A stretch of DNA of 64,000 nucleotides, taken from contig CACCEJ010000005.1 in NCBI GenBank assembly GCA_902545035.1, forward strand, positions 2,126 to 66,125, in the 5' to 3' direction. A model generated the notes under the pieces. That model made no database searches and was not told the origin of the DNA. It saw nothing but the letters and a program-made list of their open reading frames with translations. Shown here in pieces: positions 1-11,052 of this stretch. The stretch comes from an uncultured Pelagibacteraceae bacterium (GTDB taxonomy: Bacteria; Pseudomonadota; Alphaproteobacteria; Pelagibacterales; Pelagibacteraceae). The position numbers and the translations under genes are program-made. How positions within the stretch are numbered: the first letter of the stretch is position 1; every line of letters begins with the position of its first letter.

Positions 1-448
1 TTTTTATTGTACCTACAGTTAAAACAGGTTCAAAATATTGAACTTTTTTGCAAATATTTATTTGACCATCAACATCATCAAATACCAAATGCCATAAATG
101 TGCTTTTTTATTTTCAAATACTAAATTATCTTCAAGTCTCGTGGGAACTTCAATATAACCTTTTTTTCCAATTCTAGATAGTTCATTTAAAAAGTAAGAA
201 ACATCTTCTACATGTTCAACAACATGAGATGCAATAACAAAATCAAATTCTTTATCTTTAAATGGTAATTTTTTTCCATCAATCTTAACAAAAGATTTGT
301 CTTTATAATGGTCAGCTAAATCTAATATATCACAAACTGTAGTTGCATACTTATTAGCACCATATCCACAACCAATATCTAAAACATTCCAGCTTGAATT
401 TTCGGAAAGGATTTTTTCTATATGAATTTTTGATGTTCTTTTTATCAA
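1..448 (-). CDS. Class I SAM-dependent methyltransferase (Methyltransf_11-like), 3' end runs off the window
   Basis: Not in the ORF track. Manual translation from TTG at 448 gives MIKRTSKIHIEKILSENSSWNVLDIGCGYG...LPFKDKEFDFVIASHVVEHV, with motif I (VLDIGCG) and an LPFxDxxFD motif. Confidence 0.8.
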   Translation of the reverse strand, partial: MIKRTSKIHIEKILSENSSWNVLDIGCGYGANKYATTVCDILDLADHYKDKSFVKIDGKKLPFKDKEFDFVIASHVVEHVEDVSYFLNELSRIGKKGYIEVPTRLEDNLVFENKKAHLWHLVFDDVDGQINICKKVQYFEPVLTVGTIK

Positions 449-454
449 AAGTTA

Positions 455-1072
455 TTATCTTGAATAATACTCAATTACTAAGTTTGGTTCCATCACAACA
501 GGATAAGGAACTTCCTCAAATTTAGGTACTCTTACAAATTTTACTTTTTTATTTTTTTCATCTAATTGTAAATATTCAGGAACTTCTCTTTCTTTATTTG
601 CAAGTGCAATGTCTATTAAAGCTAATTGTTTAGATTTATCTCTTATTTCAATACTATCTTCCTCTTTAACTTGATAGCTTGATATATTAACTTTTTTTCC
701 GTTTACTTTAACATGACCATGGTTAATTAATTGTCTTGATGAAAATATTGTATTTGACAATTTTGATCTATAAATAACAGCGTCCAATCTTCTCTCTAGT
801 AATCCTATTAAATTTTCGGCTGTATCACCTTTTTTCATAATAGCTCTTTTATACATGTTTCTAAATTGTCGTTCATTCATGTTACCGTAATAGCATTTTA
901 ATTTTTGCTTAGCTTGAAGTTGAATTCCATAGTCTGATGGCTTTGAAGATTTCGTTTGACCATGCTGCCCGGGAGGATATGCTCTTGTATTAAATGGGCT
1001 TTTAGGTCTTCCCCATAGATTAACCTTAAGTCTTCTATCAACTTTGTGTTTTGAGTTTAATCGTTTTGTCAT
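455..1072 (-). CDS. rpsD: 30S ribosomal protein S4
   Basis: Alphaproteobacterial S4 sequence: YPPGQHG, SDYGIQLQAKQKLK, LERRLDAVIYR, VIEYYSR. Confidence 0.98.
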   Translation of the reverse strand: MTKRLNSKHKVDRRLKVNLWGRPKSPFNTRAYPPGQHGQTKSSKPSDYGIQLQAKQKLKCYYGNMNERQFRNMYKRAIMKKGDTAENLIGLLERRLDAVIYRSKLSNTIFSSRQLINHGHVKVNGKKVNISSYQVKEEDSIEIRDKSKQLALIDIALANKEREVPEYLQLDEKNKKVKFVRVPKFEEVPYPVVMEPNLVIEYYSR

Positions 1073-1087
1073 ATGTTAATATTGGGT

Positions 1088-1115
1088 CTTATAGACATCA
1101 AAATATTTTTGTCAA
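1088..1115 (-). promoter_or_regulatory. Putative sigma70 promoter of rpsD
   Basis: Minus strand reads TTGACA (1115-1110), 16-bp spacer, TATAAG (1093-1088), just upstream of the rpsD ATG. Confidence 0.55.
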
Positions 1116-1829
1116 TCAAGGTTTTTTTGTTAGTCCAGCGAATACACTTGATAAAATGCGTATTTCTTTTTGAGAAAGTTCCATTTTATAAAAAATACTT
1201 CTTAAATTTTCTAACATTATGGGTTTTTTTGCTTTTTGTTTAAAAAAGTTTTGTTTTTCGAGGTTTGCTAAACAGAAATTTAACATTGTAGAGATTTCAT
1301 TTTTGGTTGCTTTTTGTATTTTTTTTGACTTTTTAAAACTAGTATTTTTTTTTGAAATTATACTAGAAACTACCTGAGCGACAATAACTAAACTGTGAGA
1401 TAAGTTTAAAGATCTAAAATTTTCATTACTTGGAATTTGTAAAGTGTAATCAGCATAACTTATTTCATTATTTGATAATCCTGAAGCTTCTGATCCAAAT
1501 AAGAAACTTACCTTTTTTCTAAAATCTATTTTTTTTAAACCATTTAATGAAATATGTTTTATGTTTTTGTTTCTAAATCTTGCAGAAGTAGCAATTAAAA
1601 TATCAGTTTTATTCAATGATTTTTCTAAATTTGAAAAAATTTTAGCATTTTTTATAATATCTTTAGCTCCAACTGAAGTTGCTAAAATTTTGTCATTTGG
1701 AAATAAAGCTTTTGGCTCAATTAAATATAAATTTTTAAAACCGAAATTTTTTATTCCTCTTGCGCATAATCCAATATTTTCAGATAGTTGAGCTTTGTGT
1801 AATATAAATGTAATATTGTTAAAATTCAT
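1116..1829 (-). CDS. trmJ: TrmJ/LasT-family SPOUT tRNA methyltransferase
   Basis: ENIGLCARGIKNFG, FGSEASGLSN and SLNLSHS SPOUT motifs. Confidence 0.85.
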   Translation of the reverse strand: MNFNNITFILHKAQLSENIGLCARGIKNFGFKNLYLIEPKALFPNDKILATSVGAKDIIKNAKIFSNLEKSLNKTDILIATSARFRNKNIKHISLNGLKKIDFRKKVSFLFGSEASGLSNNEISYADYTLQIPSNENFRSLNLSHSLVIVAQVVSSIISKKNTSFKKSKKIQKATKNEISTMLNFCLANLEKQNFFKQKAKKPIMLENLRSIFYKMELSQKEIRILSSVFAGLTKKP

Positions 1830-3427
1830 TATGCACTTGCAGGTGCATTGTCTTTAAATAATTTATAGTCAAGACTATCTATTAAAGCTTTAAATGATGC
1901 ATCTATAATGTTTGGAGAAACTCCAATCGTAAACCAGCTTTTACCATTAGAGTCGGTACTTTCAATTGATACTCTTGTAACAGCTTCTGTTCCTGTATTC
2001 AGAATTCTAACTTTATAATCAACCAATCTTAAGTCTTTAAGATAATTTGAGTATTTTGATATTTTTTTAATATTATTCCTTATAGCATTGTCTAGTGCAT
2101 TTACCGGTCCGTTACCCTCTCCTTCACATACAATTGTTTCTCCATCCACTTCCAATTCAGCTTTAGCAGAAGATATAATGCTCCCTGTGGAGTTTTTTTT
2201 AACAGATACATCGTAAGCTTTAATGATCAAATATCTTGGAATCTCTCCAACGATTCTTCTTGCTAACAGCTCAAATGAGGCATCTGCACCATCATAACTA
2301 TAGCCAATAAATTCTCTTCCTTTTACCTCTTCGAGAAGTTGTTTAATTTTTGGATCATTTTTTTTAATATCAATTCCAATTGTTCCTAACCTTGATAGAA
2401 TATTTGACTGACCCGCTTGATCTGAAACAACAATGTTTCTTGCATTGCCAACTTGTTTTGGATCAATATGTTCATAAGTTTTAGGATCTTTTTGTACTGC
2501 TGAGACATGCATACCACCTTTATGTGAAAAAGCTGCAGCTCCAACATAAGGTAAATGTTTATTAGGCTTTCTATTTAAAATTTCATCTAATAATCTTGAA
2601 CATTCAGTTAAATGTTTAATATTTTCTTCTTTAATATTTATTTTATATTTTTTATTGAATTCACTTTTTAAATATAATGTAGGAATTAAAGACATTAAAT
2701 TTGCATTACCACATCTTTCACCTAAGCCATTAATTGTACCTTGCACTTGTCTTACACCTGCTTGAATAGCAACAAGTGAATTTGCAACAGCATTTTCAGT
2801 ATCATTATGTGCATGAATACCTAAATTTCCCCCTGGAATATGTTTTGATACATCTGTAACTATTTCAGATATCTCATGAGGAAGTGTTCCACCATTTGTA
2901 TCACATAAAACTATCCATCTAGCACCCGCATCATATGCAGATTTAATACAACTTAGAGCATATTCCTTATTTGATTTATATCCATCAAAGAAATGTTCAG
3001 CATCAAACATGAATTCTTTACCAGAGTTTACTATATGCTTTGCGCTCTCTCTAATATTTGTTAAGTTTTGATCTTTTGATATACCTAAAGCAACATCAAC
3101 ATGAAAATCCCAAGACTTTCCAAATAAACAAATAGAGTTAGCCTTAGAGTTTATCAATGATGAAATCATTGGATCATTTTCTGCGCTGTGATCTGATTTT
3201 TTTGTCATTCCGAAAGCTGTTAATATTGAATGATTAAAAGAATGTTTTTTATTAAAAAACTCTGTATCTGTAGGGTTAGCACCTGGCCAACCACCCTCGA
3301 CATAATCAACTCCAAGATTATCCAATGCTAATGAAATTTTTTCTTTATCATCTAAAGAAAAATCAACACCCTGAGTTTGAGCTCCATCTCGTAAAGTTGT
3401 ATCAAATATGTAAATTTTATCCGACAT
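1829..3427 (-). CDS. cimA: Citramalate synthase
   Basis: DTTLRDGAQ DRE-TIM motif, EGGWPGANP, FDAEHFFDG, HAHND, AFSHKGGMH and a C-terminal regulatory domain. Confidence 0.92.
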   Translation of the reverse strand: MSDKIYIFDTTLRDGAQTQGVDFSLDDKEKISLALDNLGVDYVEGGWPGANPTDTEFFNKKHSFNHSILTAFGMTKKSDHSAENDPMISSLINSKANSICLFGKSWDFHVDVALGISKDQNLTNIRESAKHIVNSGKEFMFDAEHFFDGYKSNKEYALSCIKSAYDAGARWIVLCDTNGGTLPHEISEIVTDVSKHIPGGNLGIHAHNDTENAVANSLVAIQAGVRQVQGTINGLGERCGNANLMSLIPTLYLKSEFNKKYKINIKEENIKHLTECSRLLDEILNRKPNKHLPYVGAAAFSHKGGMHVSAVQKDPKTYEHIDPKQVGNARNIVVSDQAGQSNILSRLGTIGIDIKKNDPKIKQLLEEVKGREFIGYSYDGADASFELLARRIVGEIPRYLIIKAYDVSVKKNSTGSIISSAKAELEVDGETIVCEGEGNGPVNALDNAIRNNIKKISKYSNYLKDLRLVDYKVRILNTGTEAVTRVSIESTDSNGKSWFTIGVSPNIIDASFKALIDSLDYKLFKDNAPASA

Positions 3428-4788
3428 TATTTAAATTTCCACGAGGTTTTACCATCTTTATCCTCTATTTGAACTCCTTTTTCATAAAGTTCATCACGTA
3501 TTTTGTCAGCCAATTTGTAATTTTTGTCCTCTCTCGCTAGATTACGTTCTTTTATTTTATTCTTTATGAATTCTTCACTTATATTAGATTTTTCTTTTTT
3601 GAAGTTAATCCATTCCTCCTTGGTTTCAGTCAGTAATCCTATAAAATTACAAGCGGAAACAAATTCTTTTTTATCTTCAAAATTATCTGACTGAGATTTT
3701 TCATAAAGTTTATGTAGGTTGGCTATATACTTTGGAGTATTTAAATCATCATATAATGGATAGAGGTCATCGTCAGAGATGAGTTTAGGTTTATCTAGTT
3801 TAATATAGCTACTATACCATTTATCAATTGTCTTTTGACTTTCTTCTAAAAGTTTTTCATTCCAATCCAAAGGCTGTCTATAATGTGTACTCATTAAAGC
3901 TAATCTTACAGCTTGACCATTAACTTTTTTTTTAAAGTCTTTAATCTTTAAAATATTTCCTTGAGATTTAGACATTTTTTCATTTGATAAAGTAATAAAA
4001 CCATTATGTACCCAATAATTTGATAGAGCTTCTGTTTCATTTGCGCATCTTGATTGAGCGATTTCATTTTCATGATGAGGAAATATTAAGTCTCTACCAC
4101 CGCCATGAATATCAAACTTATCACCAAGATATTTTTTTGACATTACTGAACACTCTAAGTGCCAGCCCGGTCTTCCCTCCCCCCAGGGAGATGGCCAACT
4201 TGGTTCATCTTCATTTGATGGTTTCCAAAGAACAAAATCCTCAGCATTTTTTTTATTAGTTGACACTTCAACTCTTGATCCAGATATTAAATCTTCAATT
4301 TTCTTGTTTGAAAGTTTTCCATAATCATTAAATTTGTGTACTTCAAAATAAACATGTTTTTCACTTACATATGCAACACCTTTGTTAATTAAATTATTTA
4401 TCATCTCAATCATCTCAGTTATATTTTCTGTTGCCTTTGGTTGAAAGTTAGGCTCTTCACAATTGAGATATTTGCAATCTTCTTGGAAATTTTTATTTAT
4501 TTTATTTGTTAAGTCCTTGATTGTAATATTTTTATCTTTAGCTGATTGAATTATTTTGTCGTCAATATCAGTAATATTTCTAACGTAAGTTACTTTATCT
4601 TTTCCATACTTACACTTTAAAACTTTAAAAAGGATATCAAAAACTACCAAAGGTCTGGCGTTACCTATATGTGGATCGTCATAAACTGTTGGGCCACAAA
4701 CATACATTTTAATATTTTTATGATCTATTGGTTGAAAATTTTCTTTTTTTCCACCATAGCTATTTGTCAAAAAAATATCTTTATTCAT
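3427..4788 (-). CDS. cysS: Cysteine--tRNA ligase
   Basis: [32 protein letters not shown] and KMSKS motifs. Confidence 0.98.
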   Translation of the reverse strand: MNKDIFLTNSYGGKKENFQPIDHKNIKMYVCGPTVYDDPHIGNARPLVVFDILFKVLKCKYGKDKVTYVRNITDIDDKIIQSAKDKNITIKDLTNKINKNFQEDCKYLNCEEPNFQPKATENITEMIEMINNLINKGVAYVSEKHVYFEVHKFNDYGKLSNKKIEDLISGSRVEVSTNKKNAEDFVLWKPSNEDEPSWPSPWGEGRPGWHLECSVMSKKYLGDKFDIHGGGRDLIFPHHENEIAQSRCANETEALSNYWVHNGFITLSNEKMSKSQGNILKIKDFKKKVNGQAVRLALMSTHYRQPLDWNEKLLEESQKTIDKWYSSYIKLDKPKLISDDDLYPLYDDLNTPKYIANLHKLYEKSQSDNFEDKKEFVSACNFIGLLTETKEEWINFKKEKSNISEEFIKNKIKERNLAREDKNYKLADKIRDELYEKGVQIEDKDGKTSWKFK

Positions 4789-4833
4789 TTACCAAGGAAT
4801 ATACTTAAATTTTAGATTTGTGAATCTATTTGA

Positions 4834-5571
4834 TTAATTGGGAATCTTGCATACTGGAATTGGATCCATTTTATGCAAATTTGCGTTTCTTATTTGAATA
4901 TATTTTTCTCTATTTTTAGAATTTTCATTTTCCATGGCTTCTTCAAGTTCTTTATAACTTAGTCCAAGCTGACCTTCATCAGTTCTTCCATCATCCCATA
5001 ACCCATCTGTTGGAGGGGCATCAATTATTTCTTGTAAAATTTTCAGTTCTTTTCCTAATTCCCAAACTTCAGTTTTATTGCAATCTGCAATCGGCGATAT
5101 GTCTACACCACCATCACCATACTTTGTATAAAATCCTACCCCAAAATCCTCAACTTTATTTCCTGTGCCAACAACAATGCCATGGTTGGCTGCTGCTACT
5201 TGGTAGAGAGTAGTCATTCTTAATCTTGCTCTCGAATTTGCCATACCATGCAAACTATTAAAATCTTTTAATGTATTTTCAAATGTAGAAAAAAGATTAT
5301 CAAGTTCAACTGTAATACCTTCAACGTTTTTAAAATTTTTTTTTAACCATTCCTGATGTTTTAAACTTAAATCATGTTGTGTGCTTTTTTGCTTTATAGG
5401 CATAGACAAAACTATAGTTTTTAGTCCTGTCATAGCACTCAATGTGCTTGAAACTGAAGAGTCAATTCCTCCAGAAATTCCAATAACCAAAGACTTTGCT
5501 TTTTTTGGCATTGAATTTACATAATTTAGTATCCAATCTTTGATAAATATAACTTTTTTGCCCGTCTCCAT
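4834..5571 (-). CDS. nadE: NH3-dependent NAD+ synthetase
   Basis: SGGIDSS P-loop, ARLRM and GFYTKYGDGG; no glutaminase domain. Confidence 0.95.
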   Translation of the reverse strand: METGKKVIFIKDWILNYVNSMPKKAKSLVIGISGGIDSSVSSTLSAMTGLKTIVLSMPIKQKSTQHDLSLKHQEWLKKNFKNVEGITVELDNLFSTFENTLKDFNSLHGMANSRARLRMTTLYQVAAANHGIVVGTGNKVEDFGVGFYTKYGDGGVDISPIADCNKTEVWELGKELKILQEIIDAPPTDGLWDDGRTDEGQLGLSYKELEEAMENENSKNREKYIQIRNANLHKMDPIPVCKIPN

Positions 5572-5608
5572 ATAGAAAATATAATAATTTATTTAAAAAA
5601 TTAAATGA

Positions 5609-6988
5609 TTAAGATGCCGCTCTAATGCCATTTTTTGCATACAAGGTATTCTTTTTAATCTCATCAGAAATTAAAAAAGCTAATTCAAGTGCTTGGTTGG
5701 CATTTAATCTTGGATCGCACTGTGTATGATACCTGCTAGACAAATCTGTATCTGATATTTTTTGTGCACCACCAGTACATTCTGTCACATTTTGTCCAGT
5801 CATTTCAATATGAAGTCCTCCTGCGTAAGATCCCTCACTTTGATGAACTCCAAACACATTTTTTACTTCATTCAAGACGTTATTAAATGGTCTTGTCTTA
5901 AATCCTGTTGTTGATTTAATTGTATTTCCATGCATCGGATCACATGACCAAATAACGTTTATTCCTTCTTTTTTAATACCTCTAATTAATTTAGGTAAAA
6001 ATTTTTCAACTTTATCATGTCCAAAACGAGATATTAATGTGATCTTACCTTTTTCATTTTTTGGATTAATCAATTCGCATATCTTTGCAATCTCAGACGG
6101 GTCAGATGTTGGTCCGCACTTAATTCCAATTGGATTTTCTATTCCTTTACAAAATTCAACATGGCCACCATCAATTTGCCTTGTTCTATCACCTATCCAA
6201 ACAAAATGGGCTGATGTATCATGATATTCGCCAGTTGTTGAATCTATTCTAGTCATAGCTTCTTCAAATGGTAAATGTAAAGCCTCATGTGATGTCCAGA
6301 AATTAACAGTGTAAAGTCTTCTATTAAAGTCAGAAGTAATACCGCAAGCTTCCATGAATGCTAGAGCATCGGCTATTTTATCTTCTAATTCCTTAAATTT
6401 TTTAGCTTGTGCTGCAGACTTTATATATCCCAAATTCCACATATGAACATTTTTTAAATCTGCAAAACCACCATTAGAAAATGCTCTCAATAAGTTTAAA
6501 GTTGATGCTGATTGTGAATAAGCTCTGAATAGTCTCTTTGGATCATAAGCTCTTCCTTTTTCAGTAAATTCTATAGAATTAATATTGTCTCCCAAATAGC
6601 TAGGAAGTTCAACGTCTCCAATTTTTTCTGTTGGCGCACTTCTTGGTTTTGAAAATTGTCCAGCTATTCTTCCAAGTTTAACAACTGGTAAAGATGCTGA
6701 ATAAGTTAGAACTAAAGACATTTGTAACATTAATTTAAAATAATCTCTTATATTGTCAGGGTGGAATTCTGCAAAACTTTCAGCACAGTCACCACCTTGT
6801 AACAAAAATGCTTTTCCATCAACAACATTTGCTAATTGATCTTTAAGATGTCTTGTTTCCCCAGCGAATACTAATGGAGGAAAATTTTTTAATTTATTTA
6901 AAACGAGATTTAGTTCAGCTTCGTCCTTATATTCCGGAATGTGTTTAACCGGGAAATTTCTCCAACTATTTATTTTCCATTTTTTCAT
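5609..6988 (-). CDS. Class II DAHP synthase (3-deoxy-7-phosphoheptulonate synthase)
   Basis: LLQGGDCAESF, RIAGQFSKPRS, WIGDRTRQ, CDPMHGNT and CDPRLN motifs. Confidence 0.96.
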   Translation of the reverse strand: MKKWKINSWRNFPVKHIPEYKDEAELNLVLNKLKNFPPLVFAGETRHLKDQLANVVDGKAFLLQGGDCAESFAEFHPDNIRDYFKLMLQMSLVLTYSASLPVVKLGRIAGQFSKPRSAPTEKIGDVELPSYLGDNINSIEFTEKGRAYDPKRLFRAYSQSASTLNLLRAFSNGGFADLKNVHMWNLGYIKSAAQAKKFKELEDKIADALAFMEACGITSDFNRRLYTVNFWTSHEALHLPFEEAMTRIDSTTGEYHDTSAHFVWIGDRTRQIDGGHVEFCKGIENPIGIKCGPTSDPSEIAKICELINPKNEKGKITLISRFGHDKVEKFLPKLIRGIKKEGINVIWSCDPMHGNTIKSTTGFKTRPFNNVLNEVKNVFGVHQSEGSYAGGLHIEMTGQNVTECTGGAQKISDTDLSSRYHTQCDPRLNANQALELAFLISDEIKKNTLYAKNGIRAAS

Positions 6989-7102
6989 AATTCAATCTCA
7001 AGGTGTATATATATCTGATTTTTTCAAAAAAAAATAAATTTTTTGTAAATTTAATAAATAATATTTTTGTTTATAATAGCTCTCTAAACTAGCTAAATTT
7101 AA

Positions 7103-7819
7103 TCAATTAGCTATTCTGAAAGCTAACATACCAAGTATTTCTCTAAAAAAAGTGTTAAAATTATATAGATTATTAGCAACATCAAAAACTTGGTAACTGT
7201 TAATTAAAGGTGTTTTAGAAATAGATATAAAGTTAACACCATAAGGTAAAACTTTTATTCCTTGTTTTTTAGCAATCATCATTGACCTTTTCATGTGATA
7301 AGCAGATGTGACAAGAAGTGTTTCCTTGTGTTTTAAATTCAATTCTTTAATTTCTTTAAAGTTTTCTATTGTATTTCTTGATTTACCAATAAAATACAAA
7401 CGATCCATATCAAAGTTAAGATCTTCATAAAGTTTTTTAGCTAAAGTAGGATCATCATTAAATTCATTTTTAACCAAATAAGCATTTCCTCCTACGTAAT
7501 AAATATTAGAATTAGGATATTTATATGCCAATCTTATTGAAGCAATTATCCTTTTATCTTCTCCAGACAAAACAACAATATTTTTAATATTTTTATGTTC
7601 TTTTTTAACTATAAATTCTTTTTCAAGATATTTAAGGCCAAGTAATCCAGTTGGAAAAAATGCTATAATTATTATTAATGAAATATTAATTATTAGAAGA
7701 TTTAATAGAAATCGATTTTTACTTTTTAAAAAAAAAATAAATAAAAATATTAATATTAAAAATAGAAAATTACTTGGATTTAATAATGGACCTAAAATTT
7801 TTGATAAGTAATAATACAA
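7103..7819 (-). CDS. YdcF/ElyC (DUF218) family membrane protein
   Basis: N-terminal TM helices, SRNTIEN, LLVTSAYHMKRS and a C-terminal REILG. Confidence 0.85.
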   Translation of the reverse strand: MYYYLSKILGPLLNPSNFLFLILIFLFIFFLKSKNRFLLNLLIINISLIIIIAFFPTGLLGLKYLEKEFIVKKEHKNIKNIVVLSGEDKRIIASIRLAYKYPNSNIYYVGGNAYLVKNEFNDDPTLAKKLYEDLNFDMDRLYFIGKSRNTIENFKEIKELNLKHKETLLVTSAYHMKRSMMIAKKQGIKVLPYGVNFISISKTPLINSYQVFDVANNLYNFNTFFREILGMLAFRIAN

Positions 7820-7820
7820 T

Positions 7821-9641
7821 TTATTCTACAGTTACAGATTTTGCTAAATTTCTTGGTTTGTCTATATCGTATCCTTTTTCAAGAGCAGAATAAAATGCTA
7901 ATTTTTGAAGAGGTATAGTAATTAAAAAAGGTGTTAATTCATCATCAAATTTATCTACAGCAATCTGTTCCCAAATATTTTCAGAAATTATTTCATCATT
8001 ATTTTTGTTAGTTATTAATAAAACTTTGGCTCCTCTAGCAATAACTTCCTGCATGTTAGATATTGTTTTTTTATAGTGTTCATCCCTAGGAGCTAAAACT
8101 ACAACAGGCATACCTTCCTCAATCAAAGCCAAAGGACCATGTTTCATTTCACCTGCTGGATATCCCTCAGCATGAACGTAAGCAAGTTCTTTTAATTTTA
8201 GAGCACCTTCAAGTGCAATTGGATATGAATATCCTCTTCCCAAGAACATTGATCCTTTAGCATTTGCAAATACTTTTCCAATATTTATTAGATTATTTTC
8301 TGAACTCAGCGTTTTTTTTGTTGAATTTGACAAAGAAAGTAAATTTTTTATTTTTGATTGATAGTCCTTTTTAGTAATATATTTTTGATGATAGGCTATT
8401 TTTGTTGTTAATATATATAAAACCAACATTTGACCAAGAAAAGCTTTTGTAGATGCAACACCAACTTCTTGACCGCAGTAGATTGGTAAAACTAGATCAG
8501 CAACTCTTGCTATAGAACTTTCAACTACATTCACAACAGCACATGTTTTCATTTTATTTTTTTTACATAAATCTAAAGCTGCGTAAGTATCAGCAGTTTC
8601 TCCAGATTGAGATACAAATAAGTAAAGACAATCTTTTTTAAAATTAACTTTGCGATACCTAAACTCAGATGCGATATCAACGGTTACATCTAAATTGGTA
8701 TTTTTTTCAAACCAATATTTCGCAACTAAACAAGAGTGAAAAGCAGTGCCACAGCCAATTAATACAAGTGATTTTAATGAGCTTATTTTCCATGGAAAAT
8801 TATGAATATTAATTTCCCTGTTATATTTATCTACATATTCATTTATACAATCTTGAATAGTAAAAGGCTGTTCATCAATCTCTTTTTCCATAAAATACTT
8901 ATAGTCACCTTTATCATAACTAATTGCTCCTTGAGATAAGTTGAGAATTTTTTTGTTGATTTTTTTTCCTTCACTTTCATAAAATTCAATTTCTTGTTTT
9001 TTGATTATGCAAAATTCTCCGTCTTCTAAATATGAAATTTTGTTTGTCATCGATTTAAGTGCGTATGAGTCAGATCCTAGATAATTTTCATTTGGACCGT
9101 ATCCAACAGCTAGAGGTGATCCTCTTCTAGCTCCAACAATTAAATCTTCTCTGTCCTTAAATAATATTCCAAGAGCAAAACTTCCATGAAGTTTTTTTAA
9201 AACTTTAATAATTGTGTCTTTTAACGAATTTTTTTTTAAATAATCTGTGACTAAATGAGCAATAACTTCTGTATCAGTTTGGGATTTAAATAAATAACCT
9301 TTTTTTTCTAAATGTTTTTTTAAAATTGTAGAATTTTCGATTATACCATTATGAACTACGGAAACTTGTTCAGACGAATGAGGGTGGGCATTTGCTTTAC
9401 TTGGTCTTCCATGTGTTGCCCATCTTACGTGCCCTATTCCAATTTCACCTCTTAGACTAAATTTTTGTATATTTTTTTCTAAAGTATCTACTCTACCTTC
9501 ACACTTAACTTCATTGATATTTCCACCATTAAGTGTAGCTATCCCGGCAGAGTCGTAACCTCTATACTCAAGTTTTTTTAGCGAATTAACTATTCTGCTA
9601 GTAACCTCTTTTGTACTTATAATTCCAATAATTCCACACAT
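7821..9641 (-). CDS. glmS: Glutamine--fructose-6-phosphate transaminase
   Basis: MCGIIG start, LEYRGYDSAG, SQSGETAD and C-terminal PRNLAKSVTVE. Confidence 0.98.
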   Translation of the reverse strand: MCGIIGIISTKEVTSRIVNSLKKLEYRGYDSAGIATLNGGNINEVKCEGRVDTLEKNIQKFSLRGEIGIGHVRWATHGRPSKANAHPHSSEQVSVVHNGIIENSTILKKHLEKKGYLFKSQTDTEVIAHLVTDYLKKNSLKDTIIKVLKKLHGSFALGILFKDREDLIVGARRGSPLAVGYGPNENYLGSDSYALKSMTNKISYLEDGEFCIIKKQEIEFYESEGKKINKKILNLSQGAISYDKGDYKYFMEKEIDEQPFTIQDCINEYVDKYNREINIHNFPWKISSLKSLVLIGCGTAFHSCLVAKYWFEKNTNLDVTVDIASEFRYRKVNFKKDCLYLFVSQSGETADTYAALDLCKKNKMKTCAVVNVVESSIARVADLVLPIYCGQEVGVASTKAFLGQMLVLYILTTKIAYHQKYITKKDYQSKIKNLLSLSNSTKKTLSSENNLINIGKVFANAKGSMFLGRGYSYPIALEGALKLKELAYVHAEGYPAGEMKHGPLALIEEGMPVVVLAPRDEHYKKTISNMQEVIARGAKVLLITNKNNDEIISENIWEQIAVDKFDDELTPFLITIPLQKLAFYSALEKGYDIDKPRNLAKSVTVE

Positions 9642-9644
9642 TTA

Positions 9645-10265
9645 TTATTTTTTTCTTGTGTAATTTTTAACTTCAATTTGCGCTGATCTTGTTAAAGCTA
9701 ATGAGTTTTTTGAAACTTTCTTTGTAATAACTGAACCTGCTCCAATTATACTTTTTTTTTCAAGCTTAATTGGGGCAACAACTGATGAGTTTGATCCAAT
9801 AAATACTCCATCCTCAATTATTGTTTTGCTTTTTTTTACTCCATCAAAGTTACATGTAATCGTACCAGCACCAATGTTTACTTTTTTACCTAATTTTGTA
9901 TCTCCAATGTACGAAAGATGATTTAATTTTGATTCTTTGCCAATAATACTTTTTTTTATTTCAACAAAGTTTCCAACCTTAGATCCTGATTTAAGAATTG
10001 TTCCCGGTCTCAATCTTGCGTAAGGTCCAACATTTACATTTTTTTCAATTTTTACTCCCTCTAGATGAGAGAATGATAAAATTCTTACATTGTTACCAAT
10101 TGAAACCTTATCAGCAATAAATACATAGGGATCAATAGTTACATTTTTTCCTATTTTGGTGTCTTTAGAAAAAAAAACTGTCTCGGGTGCAATCATTTTG
10201 ACACCCTTTTCAATAAATTTGTTTCTTAACTTAGTTTGTTTATCTGTTATTTTTTTTTGACTCAT
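9645..10265 (-). CDS. glmU: GlmU C-terminal (glucosamine-1-P acetyltransferase, left-handed beta-helix) domain only
   Basis: GPYARLRPG, GNFVEIK, HLSYIGD and GAGTITCNFDG; only 206 aa with no N-terminal uridyltransferase; adjacent to glmS. Confidence 0.85.
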   Translation of the reverse strand: MSQKKITDKQTKLRNKFIEKGVKMIAPETVFFSKDTKIGKNVTIDPYVFIADKVSIGNNVRILSFSHLEGVKIEKNVNVGPYARLRPGTILKSGSKVGNFVEIKKSIIGKESKLNHLSYIGDTKLGKKVNIGAGTITCNFDGVKKSKTIIEDGVFIGSNSSVVAPIKLEKKSIIGAGSVITKKVSKNSLALTRSAQIEVKNYTRKK

Positions 10266-10333
10266 TGATATTTTTATATATTTGAGTATTAGTTTAATTA
10301 ATTCACAATTTATTTCTTAATAATACTTTTTAA

Positions 10334-10999
10334 ATGACACAAAAATTAACAATTCTTTTTGATTTAGATGGTACCTTGATTGACACAGCGCCAGATTTAA
10401 TAAGAGCACACAATCATGTTATGAGAAAATTTGGTTATCCGACGAAAACTTTAGGTGAATTAAAAAATGCTGTTGGTAGAGGTGCAAAAGCAATGATGGC
10501 AAAAGCTAATGGTCAATGGAAATGGTTTGATGAAAAAATTCAAAATGATATGACAAATGAATTTTTATCTTACTATGGGGATAATATTTTGCATGAAAGC
10601 AAGTTAATAAAAGGGGTAAAAGAATTTTTAAATTGGTGTAAAAAAGAAAATATTTCTATGGCTGTATGTACTAATAAGACTGAACATCTTGCTGTTGATC
10701 TTTTGAAAAAAATTGGGATTTATAATTATTTTGAATATGTTGCAGGATACAATACTTTTGAATATTGCAAGCCAGACCCTAGACACTTAACCACAACTTT
10801 AGAAATTTTAGGTGGTGAGATAAATAAATCAATTATGATTGGAGATAGCGAAACAGATGCAAATGCAGCTAAGGCTGCGGAAATACCAATAATTTTGCTT
10901 AAATATGGATATACAGAAAAAAAATCTGATGAAATTTATCATAATCACTTAGTTAAAGACTTCGTGGGTATAGAAAAAATTATAACTGAATATCTTTAA
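10334..10999 (+). CDS. gph: HAD-family hydrolase, phosphoglycolate phosphatase-like
   Basis: FDLDGTLIDTAPDL, CTNK, KPDP and MIGDSETD motifs. Confidence 0.85.
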   Translation: MTQKLTILFDLDGTLIDTAPDLIRAHNHVMRKFGYPTKTLGELKNAVGRGAKAMMAKANGQWKWFDEKIQNDMTNEFLSYYGDNILHESKLIKGVKEFLNWCKKENISMAVCTNKTEHLAVDLLKKIGIYNYFEYVAGYNTFEYCKPDPRHLTTTLEILGGEINKSIMIGDSETDANAAKAAEIPIILLKYGYTEKKSDEIYHNHLVKDFVGIEKIITEYL

Positions 11000-11052
11000 T
11001 ATTGATATATTTGATTTAAATATTAAAACAAAATCATAAGCAAGGAATTATT

